Positions 34,901 through 47,334 of a stretch of DNA of 64,000 bases are shown here, piece by piece. Source of the stretch: Thecamonas trahens ATCC 50062 (Eukaryota > Protista > Apusomonadida). Location of the stretch: the NCBI RefSeq assembly GCF_000142905.1, contig NW_013657676.1, positions 1 through 64,000 on the forward strand, in the 5' to 3' direction. The notes under the pieces were generated by a model, which had not been told where the DNA came from, did not search any database, and saw only the letters and a program-made list of their open reading frames with translations. Both the position numbers and the translations under genes were made by a program. Every line of letters starts with the position of its first letter. Position 1 is the first letter of the stretch.

Positions 34901-36707
34901 ATCCTGGGCGGCAGCTGTGAGGTGCAGAGAGCGTCGATGCCGGCAGCGATCGGGCCGAGCAACTGAGCAGCATCGTGCGCCAAGGCCTGCATGGTAGCAA
35001 ACGATGGCGCATACGCGTCCCGCAGCGCCATTGCCTGCTCAAAAATGACAGCCAGCGCCCGGGCGACTGGCGGAGGGAAAGCCTCAAGCGTTGGTCCTGA
35101 GAGGCAATCGAGGCGGTCGACTGTGAAGAGGATACGAGCCGCATCATGCGGCGCCAGCGCCAGCATGCATCCGTCTGCGAGCAACGAAATCGGACGAAGA
35201 ATGAGCGGCTTGAGATGTGCAGTGCCCGAAAAGGCCCCAGTGCTGGTCTGCGGCGCAAACACACCGTGAGTCTTCGAGCAGTTGCGCGAGAGAGAGTAGA
35301 GACCGAGCTCTTGAGACGGCGAGGCAAAAAGCTCTGCCAGTCTGTCGATGTAATCACCGTAGAGAGTCCGGGAGCCTGCAACAAAGCACGCGTTTCGCAG
35401 CGCGCCAGCAATTGGGTCAATGTCAGCGTTAGGCTCGGTGGCGAGCCGGCGAAGCTCAGCGCGTTGCCGCTCAATGGCCTGGGTAACCGTCAGCTGCATG
35501 TGCCGCGGCGAGAGTAGCGCCTCGTCGAGATGAAAGCCTGCAGGACGCGAAAGCACAGCATACGGTCCGATGTGGGCCTGCGTCTCGCCAAACGCCACCA
35601 TGCAGAGCTCGATCAGAGTAGCGAAGATGTTGAGCCACGAGGCCTCATCGGCTGTGGGCTTTGACGCAACAAGGACCATGCAGTCGATGTCGGACGAGGC
35701 AGAGAGCTCAGAACGCGCCATCGAGCCGAGGCCTAGCAGCGCGTACTCGAGTGGTGGTGTCGGAAGCAGCGGGAGTACAAGCAAGTGGATGACATGGTGA
35801 AAAAGTGCGGTGAGCCGCGGCGAGAGCGGCTCGGCCCGCTCGGCCGCCTCCGCCTTGACTCTAGCCAGCATCCGCTGCAGAGTGTCGGCGACGCAGCCCA
35901 TGGCGAGAGAGGCTGACTCCACAGGCGGCAGCTGCTGCAACGAGGCGCGGCCGAGGACGTTCGCGGTGTGGACGAGATCGCCAACAGCGGGGTCGTCTGG
36001 TCCATACACGCGCGCGACCGTCGACGCGATGATGACCAGGCGATCAAAGGTCTCGCGGAGGCCGTCCTCGCCCAAGCCAAGCATGTTCATGGGTGAAGCA
36101 AGGTCTGCAGTGCTTGCCGAGAGCGCAACTCGGGGCGCAGAGTCGATCCCATACTTTCCGAGCGCCGTCGTGAGGAGGACGTCAAACGGGGACGGGCACC
36201 AAGCGGGAGTGAGGCATAGAGAAGCGCCGCGGTCATGAGCTCGCCGGCATCAACAAAGAGCTCAGCGAGAAAAGCAATGAGCTGGTGCGGCGGCGCGTTG
36301 CGCGCCGACACCAGCACGTCGATGCAGAGGTTGATGCTCAGCGCCCACGGCGGAGTCGGACTGCGTCGCTTGTCATAGGCCAGCAGCAGCGGCATGAGGC
36401 TCGTGACATCGGCAGGAGCAACCTCACCAGCGGAGACTGCTGATCGCAGACAATTAACAGCATTTGAGATGTCATCAGAGCTTGGGCATGGCTTGTCGCT
36501 CTGCATGGCATCGCCTGCATCGGCCTCCCGCGACCCGCTCGATCCAGCCACCGTCCCAGACTCGTCCACCGACTCTCTTGCACCTGCCACAAGTTCCTGA
36601 CCCGACCCGACATGAAGCACCTTTTCCAGTAACGCCGTCAATGCAGCCACTGCCGACATAGCACACGCCGCCTTTGGTTGTGCTGGAGCAGGTGCGACAG
36701 GTGTCAT
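31930..36707 (-). CDS. Multidomain protein: DUF294/GlnD-like nucleotidyltransferase + possible degenerate kinase-like region + LRRs + WD40 repeats; one apparent 1-nt frameshift
   Basis: YALLGLGSMARSELSASSDIDCMVLV (Pol-beta NTase GS-x10-DxD), GFHLDE, LKPLILRP; cysteine-containing LRRs (LVLSGCTAV, LDVSGCTAL, VNLAGCTLL); WD40 (HSSPIHALAILPDSRVATASFDGVVGLW). ORF 36087-36707 joins via +1 nt at 36188-36191. Confidence 0.7.
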
Positions 36708-36917
36708 CAGTGGTAGTGGTGGTGGTGGTGGTGGTGGTGGTCACGTTCTGCGTGTGCGCGAAGAATGGTGGGTCCATGCGCACGCGTGCATCACTTTCCC
36801 CCATGAGACACCTGACACGGCCACGACTTTACGAGGCGTACACGGCGGGTGGCCAAACGGGAGCAAGGTTACTTCATCACACACTGAACTTGCCTGGGGG
36901 GAAAGGGGGTCACAACC

Positions 36918-39900
36918 ATGGCTTTGACTTTGTGGGTGTGCTATTTCGTAGCTCTCCTTGCCTTGGTGCCTGTGGTAGAGCTCACACCAGTCGTACCCGG
37001 ACAGCGAGACGCCCTTGTCGACCTCTGGATCTCCACAGGAGCGGAGCGATGGATCTCATACAATGGATGGAACACAACGAGTTCGTACTGCACATGGTAT
37101 GGGGTGGGCTGTGATGGAGAGCTGGTCACCGAGCTCGTGCTGCCGGCCAACAACCTCGTTGGGGCCCTCGAGACACACTTGCTCGCCCGCTTTGCGGCGC
37201 TGGAACGAGTCAACCTCGCCCACAACCAGCTCGTCGGCCACCTGCCGTCCCTCGTTGAGCTGTCTCGGCTGAAGGTTCTCAACATATCTTACAACGCGTT
37301 TCAAGGCTCGCTACCGGCCTTTCATCCTGAAGCCGCGGTTGAGGTCATCGATCTCGTCGGCAATGCCTACTTTGGCCCGCTGGATCTCTCAGCCAACGTG
37401 GTCAATCTCACCCACTTTGACGCCTCGCGCAACTTTTTCCACGGCAGCATCTTCCCACCGCTCCTCTTGACCGCATCCGGCATGGTCCACTACTCGGTTG
37501 CGCTCAACGAGCTCGCCGGCACTCTCCCGGATTCGATCTGTGCCTCATGGCCAAGGCTCGCCCATCTCAACCTCGCCAACAACGACGGGCTGGGTGGCAC
37601 GCTGCCCGCAGCACTCGCAAAGTGCAGTCAGCTGGAGTTCCTCTCGCTTGGCTTTCCTCGCTCTCTGGCTCGCTTCCTCCCGAGTTTTCAACACTCTCGC
37701 AGCTCTCAACTCTTCAGATCCCGTCGGCATCGCTCTCGGGCACCATCCCCGACGGCTACTCTGCGCTGACGCGCATGGTCGACCTTCAGATCTCGTCGAA
37801 CGATCTCGAGGGCACCATCCCGAGCGATTTGTTTCAAAGCATGCCACGGCTGACTACGCTTGTGGCCGAGAAGAACCCCATGCTCTCGGGCCAGCTCCCG
37901 CCGTCGCTCTTCTCGTCGCCGCATTTTGATCTGGACTATGTCAACTTTGCGTGGTGCAATTTTCCGGCTTCCTCCCGCCTCACGTGGCGCTTCTCACCGC
38001 GCCGCGACTGACCATGCTCTCGGTGGCGGGCAACCGCCTGGAGGGCACCATTCCCGAGGTCTCGAACACCACATTTGCTTTTCTCGAGCTCCTCGATCTC
38101 AGCTTTAACAACTTGTCGGGCACCATCCCGCCGTCGCTGGCTCTCTCGACGGCGCTCTCGTCGTTTGTCGTCTCGCACAACCCGCGGCTCTCAGGCTCGC
38201 TCGCCCATGCCTTTACGCCTTCGCTCACCTACCTCGACGCATCGTACTGTGGCTTTTCTGTCCTCCCGGACGGGATCGAGAGCCTCTCGCCGAGGTTGCG
38301 TTTCATCGACGTCTCGCATTGCCAGCTGAGCGGACTCCTCCCGCCGGGCCTCATCGGCGAGCGGTTGCTCTACCTCGACGTATCGTACAACCTCGAGCTG
38401 CTCGGTTTTGCGGCCGATGCATCCATATCAACGTCCTCGATCTCCTTTCTTTTCTCTCCAACACTGCCCTTACCGTGCTTCCAGAAGTGTTTTCCTTTGT
38501 GGGCTCGGACGGCTCGTGCTCGTTTTCATCGTCACTCTTTGCGCTCGACATCTCACACGTCCACATCCACCCGCAGTTCTCGTCGCAGCTTACCTTTCGC
38601 GAGCTGATGGCCCAGCTGACCGTCGGCGGTTTGCCAAAGCTCTCGGCGTGCTTTGAAGAGCGGCTCACGCCATATCCGATCATCGAGGTCTTCTGGCCGC
38701 AGCTGACCCAGATGGTGGCGTTCCTGGCGTCCAACATTTCGCTCACTGGCGACGTGAGCATGCTCATGCGGATGTTTCCCGCACTGCAGGTCATTGACCT
38801 CTCGCACAACAAGCTGAGCGGCGTCATTTCAGACCTCCCGGCTCACCTGCTGGTCGGCGATCTGGCAAGCAACGAGTTTCGCGGCGAGCTGCCGTCGCGA
38901 ATCCAGGTCAACATCGACTCGCAGCTGCTCTCGCTCTCGGTGGTGGGCAATCCGGAGATGCGCGCGGCCAAGCTTCCCGGTTATCTGGAGCCGTTTAGCG
39001 GCGCCGACCAGCTGGTCTCGTCGATGGTCTTTCCGGACAGCCACTACTCGTGCCCGCTCCTGACCGACGCAGCGACCGGGACGACGGCGCTTCAAGTCGA
39101 TCCGAGCTACTACGCGTGGACCTTGTGCAACTGCCTTGACGGCTACATTGGTGTGGTGGATCCGGAGAGCGGATCGGCCGGTTGCCAGCCGCTCGACTCG
39201 CTGTGCATCATTCCACGCGCCAACGAGCTACAGGCGCTGGGTGCATCGTGCGGTCGTGCGTCGGGTCGGTCGCTGCAGCTTGCGCCTGGATGGTGGCCGT
39301 CGCCGCAACCGCAGGCGGCGCGGCGGTTCATCTGGTGTGGAGAAGAGCTTTGCAACCCAAGAGGCACAGTGACGTGTGTCTCGCAGTCGTTTGGCTCCCC
39401 GCTTGTCTGCACTGCCGCGAGCAGTAGCGAGTACTGCGCCACAGGCTATCGGTCTCGGCTGTGTTCGCAGTGTGACGTGGGCTACTTTGCGGCGCTGGGC
39501 AAGTGCACAAAGTGCACGCATTCAAACGCGTCGTCGTCGATTGTCCGCAACCCGTGGTCGTGGATTCTTTTGCTTGTCCTTCTCTCCGTCGCGCTCCTTC
39601 TCGAGTGGATGCTGACGCGCGATACAAGGTCGTCTAACCTGTTGCTGCTGCATGCGGTACGGACGCGCGAGCTCGGGCTCGGCGAGCCGGGCTTTTCGTG
39701 CCGCGCGCTGGTCCTGCGGGTGCGCCAGTACAGCCAGGAACTTGTGCTTGTGGTTCTCTTTGTCATCACCTTTATCCTTGTCTCGCTCCTCGGCATCGCC
39801 ACAGTGCTCGAGGAGATAGTACTCATAGTGGGACTGGCGGTATTGGTCTTGTTTGTCTTTGCGGCCAAGGCCAACTACTTGCGAAATGCCGAGCTTGCAT

Positions 39901-41069
39901 CGCGTGCGACGCGACCACAGACGGCGACGCAGCTCCACGCGCTGTTCCGGATCATGCTTGTGTACCTACAGATGCTCGCGTCGCTTGTCGACGCCCAAGC
40001 CGGCGTGTGGACGCCGTCGCTCTCGTGGTTTGTGCGGCTCATCCAGCGCGTCAACGTCCGGTGGGAGGGCCTCGACTGCGTGGGATGGAGCTACGGCAAC
40101 AAGCTCGTACTCTTTTGCGCCATGCTGCCGGCACTCATCGGAACGGTGGCGATCATGTGGGCTGCGCGACGGGCAACATACGTCTGGAGATTCGCTCGGA
40201 GCAGGGCTCGGCTGGAAGCCGTGTTCTCGGTGAACGGCGCCTCGCCGCGCGGCGAGACCACCCAGTTACTGGCGCCGGTCCAGGGGAGCCACGGGACGCA
40301 CTCACGGGTGAGCGCGCTCCGCAATCAGTTTGCAGCCATGCGGGTAGCGCTTGACAACAACTCGCTGGCCATGGTGTTCTTTCTCGCCTTTGTCTTTGCC
40401 TTTCCCATTACCCAGCACACGCTGACGGTGCTCCACTGCGCGCCTTCGGCTGATCCGCTCGAGACGGCATCGTACATGGTGGCGGCGCCATGGATCTCGT
40501 GCCAGTCGCACTCGTACCAAGTGATGGCAACGGTGGCGGGCGTGACGCTTGTGGCTGTGGTGGCTCTGGTCCTGGGCGCCGGCTGGCTGCTGAGCGGGGC
40601 AGTGCTGCGGGCTCGCCGGCGGGCGCGCGATCTCTCGCCGGTCTTGCAGAACACGGCCCAGTTAATGTTTGGCATCTTTGGGACGCAGGTGTGGTGGTTC
40701 GAGTTTGTTATTCTTGCGCGCCGATTTGCGGTCGCGCTTGTACTCTCGCTCCTCCCGCCCGTCGATTCGCCCGTCGTGGCCGGATCGCTTATTGTGGCGC
40801 TGCTCCTTGTCTCGCTTGTCGTTCAGTGCCGTCTGCGGCCGTTCCTCTCGTCCTCGGCGAACTTGATGGAAGAACTCTCACTGGCGGCGCTTGCTTTCTC
40901 CTACGTGGTCATGGCCATGTCATTCCTCAATCCACGGACGTCTGCGGACGATCTCACCGTTGTCGGCTCGTCGATCATCGCCCTCAACGGCGTCGTCGTC
41001 TGCATCTTCCTCTTCCACGTCGTGCGGATCGTGATCCAGCCCAGCAGTGACTCTGAATCATGTCGCTAA
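36918..41069 (+). CDS. Secreted-type plant-like LRR ectodomain + Cys-rich region + multipass (~8-9 hydrophobic segments) membrane domain; three apparent 1-nt frameshifts
   Basis: Signal peptide; LRRNT cap (QRDALVDLW..W..CTWYGVGC); many LxxLxLxxNxLxGxIP repeats; CATGYRSRLCSQCDVGY; TM region with WWFEFVILARR and RPF motifs. The frame is restored by +1 T at 37653-55, 37960-63 and 38450-53. Confidence 0.8.
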
Positions 41070-41298
41070 TTTCACTCAATCACATACACAAAGCCTCATA
41101 CTCGGCCTCAATCCCTCGGCCCATGTGAGCAGCCGCCCCCCTCCCGGCGCCCCCTCCACACTTTGTCGATGCCATCCATCCATCACCAACAGACCTCCCG
41201 CCACCTCCCCCCCCCCTCTTCCCCCCCACTTACTCAGCCCAGCACCACCTCCCCTCCCCCACCACCTCACGCTCATTGAGCTTAGAGGAGGCAAGACC

Positions 41299-41373
41299 AT
41301 GGACGCGTCACTGTTTGAAGGGTTTGAGGAGGAAGAGCCCGTCCGCAACAGATTCCGTCACTTTTCATCGTCG

Positions 41374-41415
<42 letters not shown>

Positions 41416-43002
41416 GCAGCGGCGGGTGCGGCGGCGGCGGCGATGGCGGCGGAGGTGGCGGCGGCGACAGCGGCCTCTGTTCAGTCGGCTGTTGGTGCTG
41501 GATCGGCGACGGGGGCGAGTGGCGGTGGCGGATCGGCTTCGGATTCTGAGGAGAGGCGGAGCGGATCAAAGGCAGGAGAGAGGGCAGCAGAGACGACAAG
41601 CGATGCATCGCTGGAGGCAAAGGGCATCAATGCGGCGGTGGTAGCGGGCATGGGTCCGCCTGTGGTTCGGGTCATCTTTTACGCGGGCATGCCACTCGAT
41701 GCGAAGCGGAAGATCGAGGACGCTGTGCAGGCCGTGGTGGATCGTCTGCCGCCGTGGACGGCGCCGGAGGAGGCATCAGCGGCCGAAGCTGCTCCGCTTG
41801 ACGATCAGTGCTACTTCCGCGGCTCGGATCTGATGGTTGACACCATGGACTCGGCGGGGTATGCCACCTTCCGACGGGCAGCAGGTGAGCTCGGGACGCC
41901 GGCCCGGCTGGCGCAGGGCGCAGACGACAACATCCCGCGGTACGCGTCGACCGAGTCGGCCGCTCTCGGCGAGACCATCGACGCCAATGACAATCCGCGC
42001 GACAGGCTGGATCGGTGCTTCAACTGTGGGAGGCCCGGACACAAGGTCACCGAGTGCTCGATGCCCTTCGACGGCGCACAAGTCTCGGCCAACCGCAGCA
42101 AGGCCATGGCCAGGCGCCCGCCGCTGGCGCCGGCCGATCGCGATGCCCGCCTCGCCTTTCTGGCCAATATGGCCACCGAGCCCATCGTCGCCGGCGCGGA
42201 TCTTTCTCAGGATCTTAGACGCGCACTGGGCATGCCGCCGTCGGCACCGTCGTCCGACGCCCCGTTCTTCTCCAAAATGTTGTACTGGGGCTATCCGCCA
42301 GCATATGTCAAGTACAAGCCGACGGTCAAGCCCAAGCTGGGCGAGGACTATCTGCAGCTCTCGTTTGCCCACGGCGAGGCCGGGACCGAGCCAGTCTTCA
42401 AGGCTTCGCTCCCGGGCCTCACTGTCTGCGCCGATCGCGGCCGCGTTCTCCAGCCCGATCCGTCGGCCCCTCCGCGCGTCGCGCGCCCGCATCAGCACCA
42501 GCGCATGCCGCCGCCGCCCGGTCCGCGTCGCCACATCCCACCTCATCTCCACCACGCACGGCATGCCCGCCACCATCGTGGCCCGCCGCTCCCGCCGCCG
42601 CCGATGCACCATCGCCACCCGCCGCCGCTCCCGCCCGGGCCACCGCCGACTGTCCCGGCTGTGCCCGCAGCTGCCGCACCTCATGCGACGGCGCTGCCGC
42701 AGCACTCCCGCTTTGCGCCGCAGCAACAGGCGCCGCCGCAGCAACAGGCGCCGCAGCAGCAACAGGCGCCGCAGCAGCAACAGGCGCCGCCGCAGCAAGC
42801 CAGTCTCCCGCCACACCTCCGCTTTGCGCGGCCGACTCCGGCCGATGAGCCAACTTCGCCGGCGTCCGACGTTTACCCCGATTCGCCGCCGGCATCGCCG
42901 CCGCCGTTCCCCAACCTCCCGCCGACGCTCACCGAGGCTTCGCGGAAGCGGGCGCTCGAGGCGTACAACGCAATGCCTCAGGGCCCGCCGGTGAAGAGGT
43001 AG
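41299..43002 (+). CDS. ZCCHC8: ZCCHC8-like NEXT complex subunit (zinc knuckle + PSP domain)
   Basis: ATG at 41299; CFNCGRPGHKVTEC knuckle; LSQDLRRALGM...PFFSKMLYWGYPPAY (PSP domain); Pro/Gln-rich tail. Confidence 0.8.
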
Positions 43003-43018
43003 AGTGCAGCTGCAGCCC

Positions 43019-43573
43019 TCACGCTAGCGGCGCGCCGCCCTTTGTGGTAAACGACCACTTGCCGGTCTCGGCGTCATGATCGGCCTGCATGTCGATGTCG
43101 GGATACCGGGCACCGTCGCCAGGCTCGCGTGCGCCGATCTCCAGGATCACCGCCTCGGCCTCGCTCACGTTCTTGATGCAGTGGCCGTTGGCCTTGCCCG
43201 CTGGAAAGCCTACAGCTTCGCCCGTATGCAGCACCCGCTCGCCGCACTCGGTCACCAGGACGACCTCACCCGAGACCACAATGACCATCTCATCGTTGAT
43301 CGTGTGCCAGTGCCGCTGGGCCGTCCACGCGCCTGGCGCCAGCGTCGTGCGATTAACACCAAACTGGCTCATTCCCACCGCATTGCCCACCGCTTGCTTC
43401 GTCCGGCCCTCGCACACACCATCATACGGTGGCGGATACACCGTCGTTGTCCTCCGTGCCACCTCGGTCGCCATCGCCACAACCGTGAATGCCATCGCGC
43501 TCGCATCCGCGGCCACTCCCTCTTCCCCCACAGCCGGCACACTGGCCCCAGTCAGCCTATCTTGCGCAGACAT
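43019..43573 (-). CDS. Cupin-domain protein, bacterial COG3837-like
   Basis: YPPPY...GR.K..VG.AVGMSQFGVN..TLAPGAWTAQRHWH..NDE..IVVSGE...GFPAGKANGH...YPDID. The start could alternatively be ATG 43495 or 43474. Confidence 0.8.
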   Translation of the reverse strand: MSAQDRLTGASVPAVGEEGVAADASAMAFTVVAMATEVARRTTTVYPPPYDGVCEGRTKQAVGNAVGMSQFGVNRTTLAPGAWTAQRHWHTINDEMVIVVSGEVVLVTECGERVLHTGEAVGFPAGKANGHCIKNVSEAEAVILEIGAREPGDGARYPDIDMQADHDAETGKWSFTTKGGAPLA

Positions 43574-43903
43574 GTAGTACAGGCCGCAGTGTGTGTCTTG
43601 AGTGCGGTGTCGCGTCTGGCAAGCAAGTGCGCGACAAGCACGAGCTCTCCATCCGCCTTGCTCACAGGCACTCATCCGATCGCTCCCCTGAGGTGACCAT
43701 CGCGGGCGATGATGCCCCATCACGTAGCCTCGGCCCACCACCATACACGAGGATCGCTACACGCGGTAAGGCTTGGATCGGTCAAGATGAGCTGTGACAT
43801 CTCGCCACCGGCCGATGTGGCGGCTCGGCTCGGGCGGGGTCGAGCCGTCGGCTTCAGCTCGAGCTCGTACGACTCAACTCGAGCAGTGGCTGGGCAGCCG
43901 AGG

Positions 43904-44757
43904 ATGGATGGCGACGGCTTTGTGGTGGTAGGGCGCAAGAGAGGCGGGAAGAGGGTGCGGCAAGGGCGGAGGGGGGAGGAGGTGTGTCCAAGGAGGTGCC
44001 TGCGAGGCAGCGAGGTCAAGAGCCCGAGGACGAGGTCGGTCGAGGTGGCGAGCTGGCGGCTCTCGTCCACGGACGGGTGCAGTCGGCGGTGGACGAGCTG
44101 CGGCGATCGGATTTTTGGCACGTGTTTGCGGAAGACATCCTGCCGCGAGTGCAAGAGCTGGCGGAGGATCGACGGGTAGTGGTGCTGGCGGCTGGGCTCG
44201 GACGGATGGTTGGATCGCGGGTTGCGCAGCTACAGCTGGCGCTCTTGCTGCAGTTGGCGGATGCGCTCGGTGCAGATCGGGAAGCCGGCGACGTCAAGGT
44301 CTTTGATCCTGCCTTTGACGAGGGCAGCGATGTGGCGGCGCTCGCCAGCCTGCCTGATGAGCTTGGCGGGCCGCTCGAGGTGGCTGCGGCGTGTCTGACC
44401 AGCGCTGAGCTGGAGGATGCCCTGGCAAACAGTGCGAGTGGCGATGGCAACGTGCTCCTCATTTGCTACCTTCCGCACACCGATGCTGAGTTGACGGCCC
44501 AAGTGCTGACGGCACTTGAGACTGCGGGTGAGAACGCAGCGGTGATCGTTGCCAACTCGATCACGGACCACGTGGAGCTGGTGGAGGCTGTGGCGACGTA
44601 CAAGCGCAAAGGGTCCGAGACGCTTGTACGTGCGCTGCGCGAGGCGTGTGTGGTGGCGGACGAGGTGCCGCTGCCCGAAGCCGAGGCGCACGCGCTGTGT
44701 GTGGGTGCGTTCAATGGCCTTGCGCTCCACGTCGTCGCCTGCGCGAACGCGATGTGA
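43904..44757 (+). CDS. SRRD: SRR1-domain protein (SRRD); one apparent 1-nt frameshift near the 5' end
   Basis: GLG....VAQLQLALL, VFDPAF, YLPH, IVANS, AFNGLALH. The N-terminus MDGDGFVVVGRKR (ATG 43904) joins via +1 G at 43971-43976. Confidence 0.7.
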
Positions 44758-44796
44758 GGGCGAGGTCGGCTGTAGTTTCAATGCGCTTGCACGTGG

Positions 44797-47303
44797 CTAT
44801 GTGAACTGAAAGTTGACAAAGAGCGAGGCCATGGGCACCGGCACGTCCTTAACAGTCGAGAGCTGGACGTGGCGGTAGCCGGAGCGGATCGAGGTGACGG
44901 GGAGGGCGGCGTAGGCGATAAAGTCGTCCTTAGAAAAGTTGTCCGAGTCCATGACGCGGAAGAGGACGACGGCGAGCTCGGGGGCGGCTAGCTTAAAGGT
45001 CGTCTCGTGCTCCCAGACTGGATTAAACCCGTTGTTCTTGACGACCTTGGTCTTGGACGATGCAATGTCTTGTGGAACGCCAAAGACGGAGACTATGACG
45101 TACGGGTCGATGATATCACCCTTGGCGCCCGAGATGCGTGGGAGCTGCCAACCAGACTTAACCGAGACCTTGCAGGACATGACATGCGACTCGAGGGCAG
45201 AGGGCGACCACTCGATAGCCGGCGAGCGGAGGTAGTACGGCTTGAGCTTGTAGCCCGAGTTCCCGTTGTCGTTGAAGAAGCCTTGGTTGAGCCACATGCG
45301 GAGGCCTGCGGTCTGGTAGTTGAGGGCGACGAGCTGGGCGCCGATGCACCAGGCCGGGAACGGGTCGTAGTTGGACGAGTCGAAGCGGGTGCCCTTGGGG
45401 TAGACCCGGGCGAGCTGGCGCTTGCAGTAGTCGACCATGGCAGCCGACGAGAGCTTGACCAGCTTGCCGATCTTGTTCTCGGAGAACGAGCTCATTTTCC
45501 GGGCGTCGGCCAGCTCGGAAGTGAACGATTTGAAGTGGACAGCTTTGAGGTGGATGAGCTGTGAGAGCTCGGCGGCGACCTTTTCTTTGGGTGCCTTGGC
45601 CTTGGGCGTGACAGCGCGGGCGATGCCCTTGGTCATTGACATGGTTGTGGATGAGACCTTGCGGGTGAGCGAGCCGAGCCTGCCGAGGGTGGAGCGCGAG
45701 CGCGCCTTTGACGAGCTGCCCGAGTTGCTGCCCTCGCCGCCAAAGCCATCGATGGCGTCGTCGAGCTCCTCGTCGGTATCAAACTCGTCAGACTCGAGCT
45801 CTGAGTCATCGTTGTCACCGGTGTTGTTGCTCGCCGACGAGCGCGAGGCCTTTGCGCGGCCGTCGCTTTCTTCCTCCTGCTGCTCGTCGGCGCCCTGGGC
45901 GACGCCTGAGCCCCCGGCTGCAGCCGCTTCGTCGTACTCGTACTCGTACTCGTCGTCCGAGATGGTATCGCTGACGACGACGGTCTTGCCCTTGAGCAGG
46001 ATCTTGTGCTTGAGCTCGTTGGGCGAGGGCAGGGCGCGCGAGGAAGGGAACGGCGGAGGGAGCATGTCGCCAAAGACTTCGGTCATGATGTCGGCCATGA
46101 CGGCCTGCTGGGCGTGAGAGCAGTGGTTCTCGAGTGAGAGGATGACTGGATAGTCGGAGACGGCAAAGGCGTGGGTCTTGATGCACTCAATGACGTCGCG
46201 AAACTTGATGCGCGAAGTGAGGGTGCGGCCGTGGTAGATGAGCGGCTCGTTGTCGGGCCCGTCCCAGCAGTCGAGCTCGACGCAGCGGCAGCCCTTCTTG
46301 AGCGCATACTCGTACATCTCGACCGAAGACGCGCCCTTGAGCTGATCGCCACTGCAGTAGGTATTGTGCGACGAGGCAACAAAGTAGTGCGAGAGCGGCT
46401 GGTCCATGTTCTGGTACACTCGCTTGTGCTCGGGTGCCCGCCACGAGTTGTGCACCTCGGACGTCATGTAGCTCGTAAAGCCCGATAGGTACAAATGCCG
46501 TGCCGAGTCGGAGCCCTCGAGCGTGTGGATGAGGCCGACAACGTCGTTGACTGTCACGCCGAGCTCCATCTGCTCGTTGATGAGGAACTCGCGGAACTGC
46601 TCCGGCGTCAGGTGGTCGCTGTTGCCCGAGTACTGCGCAAACACCGCGTTGATCTCCGGCCGGTTGCGGAGGTTGTTGAGAAAGGCCATAAACTCGGTAA
46701 AGTTGAGCGTGCCGGACTTGTCAACGTCGACCTCCTGTCAACGATGTGAGCGTTGTGGTCAGTGAGTCCCAATCCTCCCCCCCCCCCCTGCATACACTCA
46801 CCCACGCCACACATAACCACCACCACACATCGGTGATGCCCTCATCACACACCACACACGCAGCGGCTGTCATCACAGTCATCCGTACGTTAAACTTGGA
46901 CTTGAGCACCTTCTTCTTGACAGTGAGGTTGAGCCTCGGAATGAGGGCAGCGATCTGGCAACATTGCCATTGATCGAGGAGGCGGGGAAGGGGAGCAGGG
47001 GAGCAGGGGAGAGCGAGCGAGAGCGAGAGAGCGAGCGAGCGAGAGAGCGAGCCAGCGAGAGAGCGAGCCAGCGAGAGAGCGAGCCAGCGAGAGAGAGAGC
47101 CAGCGAGAGAGCGAGCGAGAGAGAGAGAGAGCCAGCGAGAGAGCGAGAGAGCAAGCGAGTGAGCAAGCGAGCGAGAGAGAGCCAGCGAGAGAGCGAGAGA
47201 GCAAGCGAGAGAGCAAGCGAGCGAGAGAGCGATGCGGACCCAGAGCGCAGCCACGGACAAGACAACCCACACATCACAGATGAGTGCACACATACATACA
47301 CAC

Positions 47304-47334
<31 letters not shown>

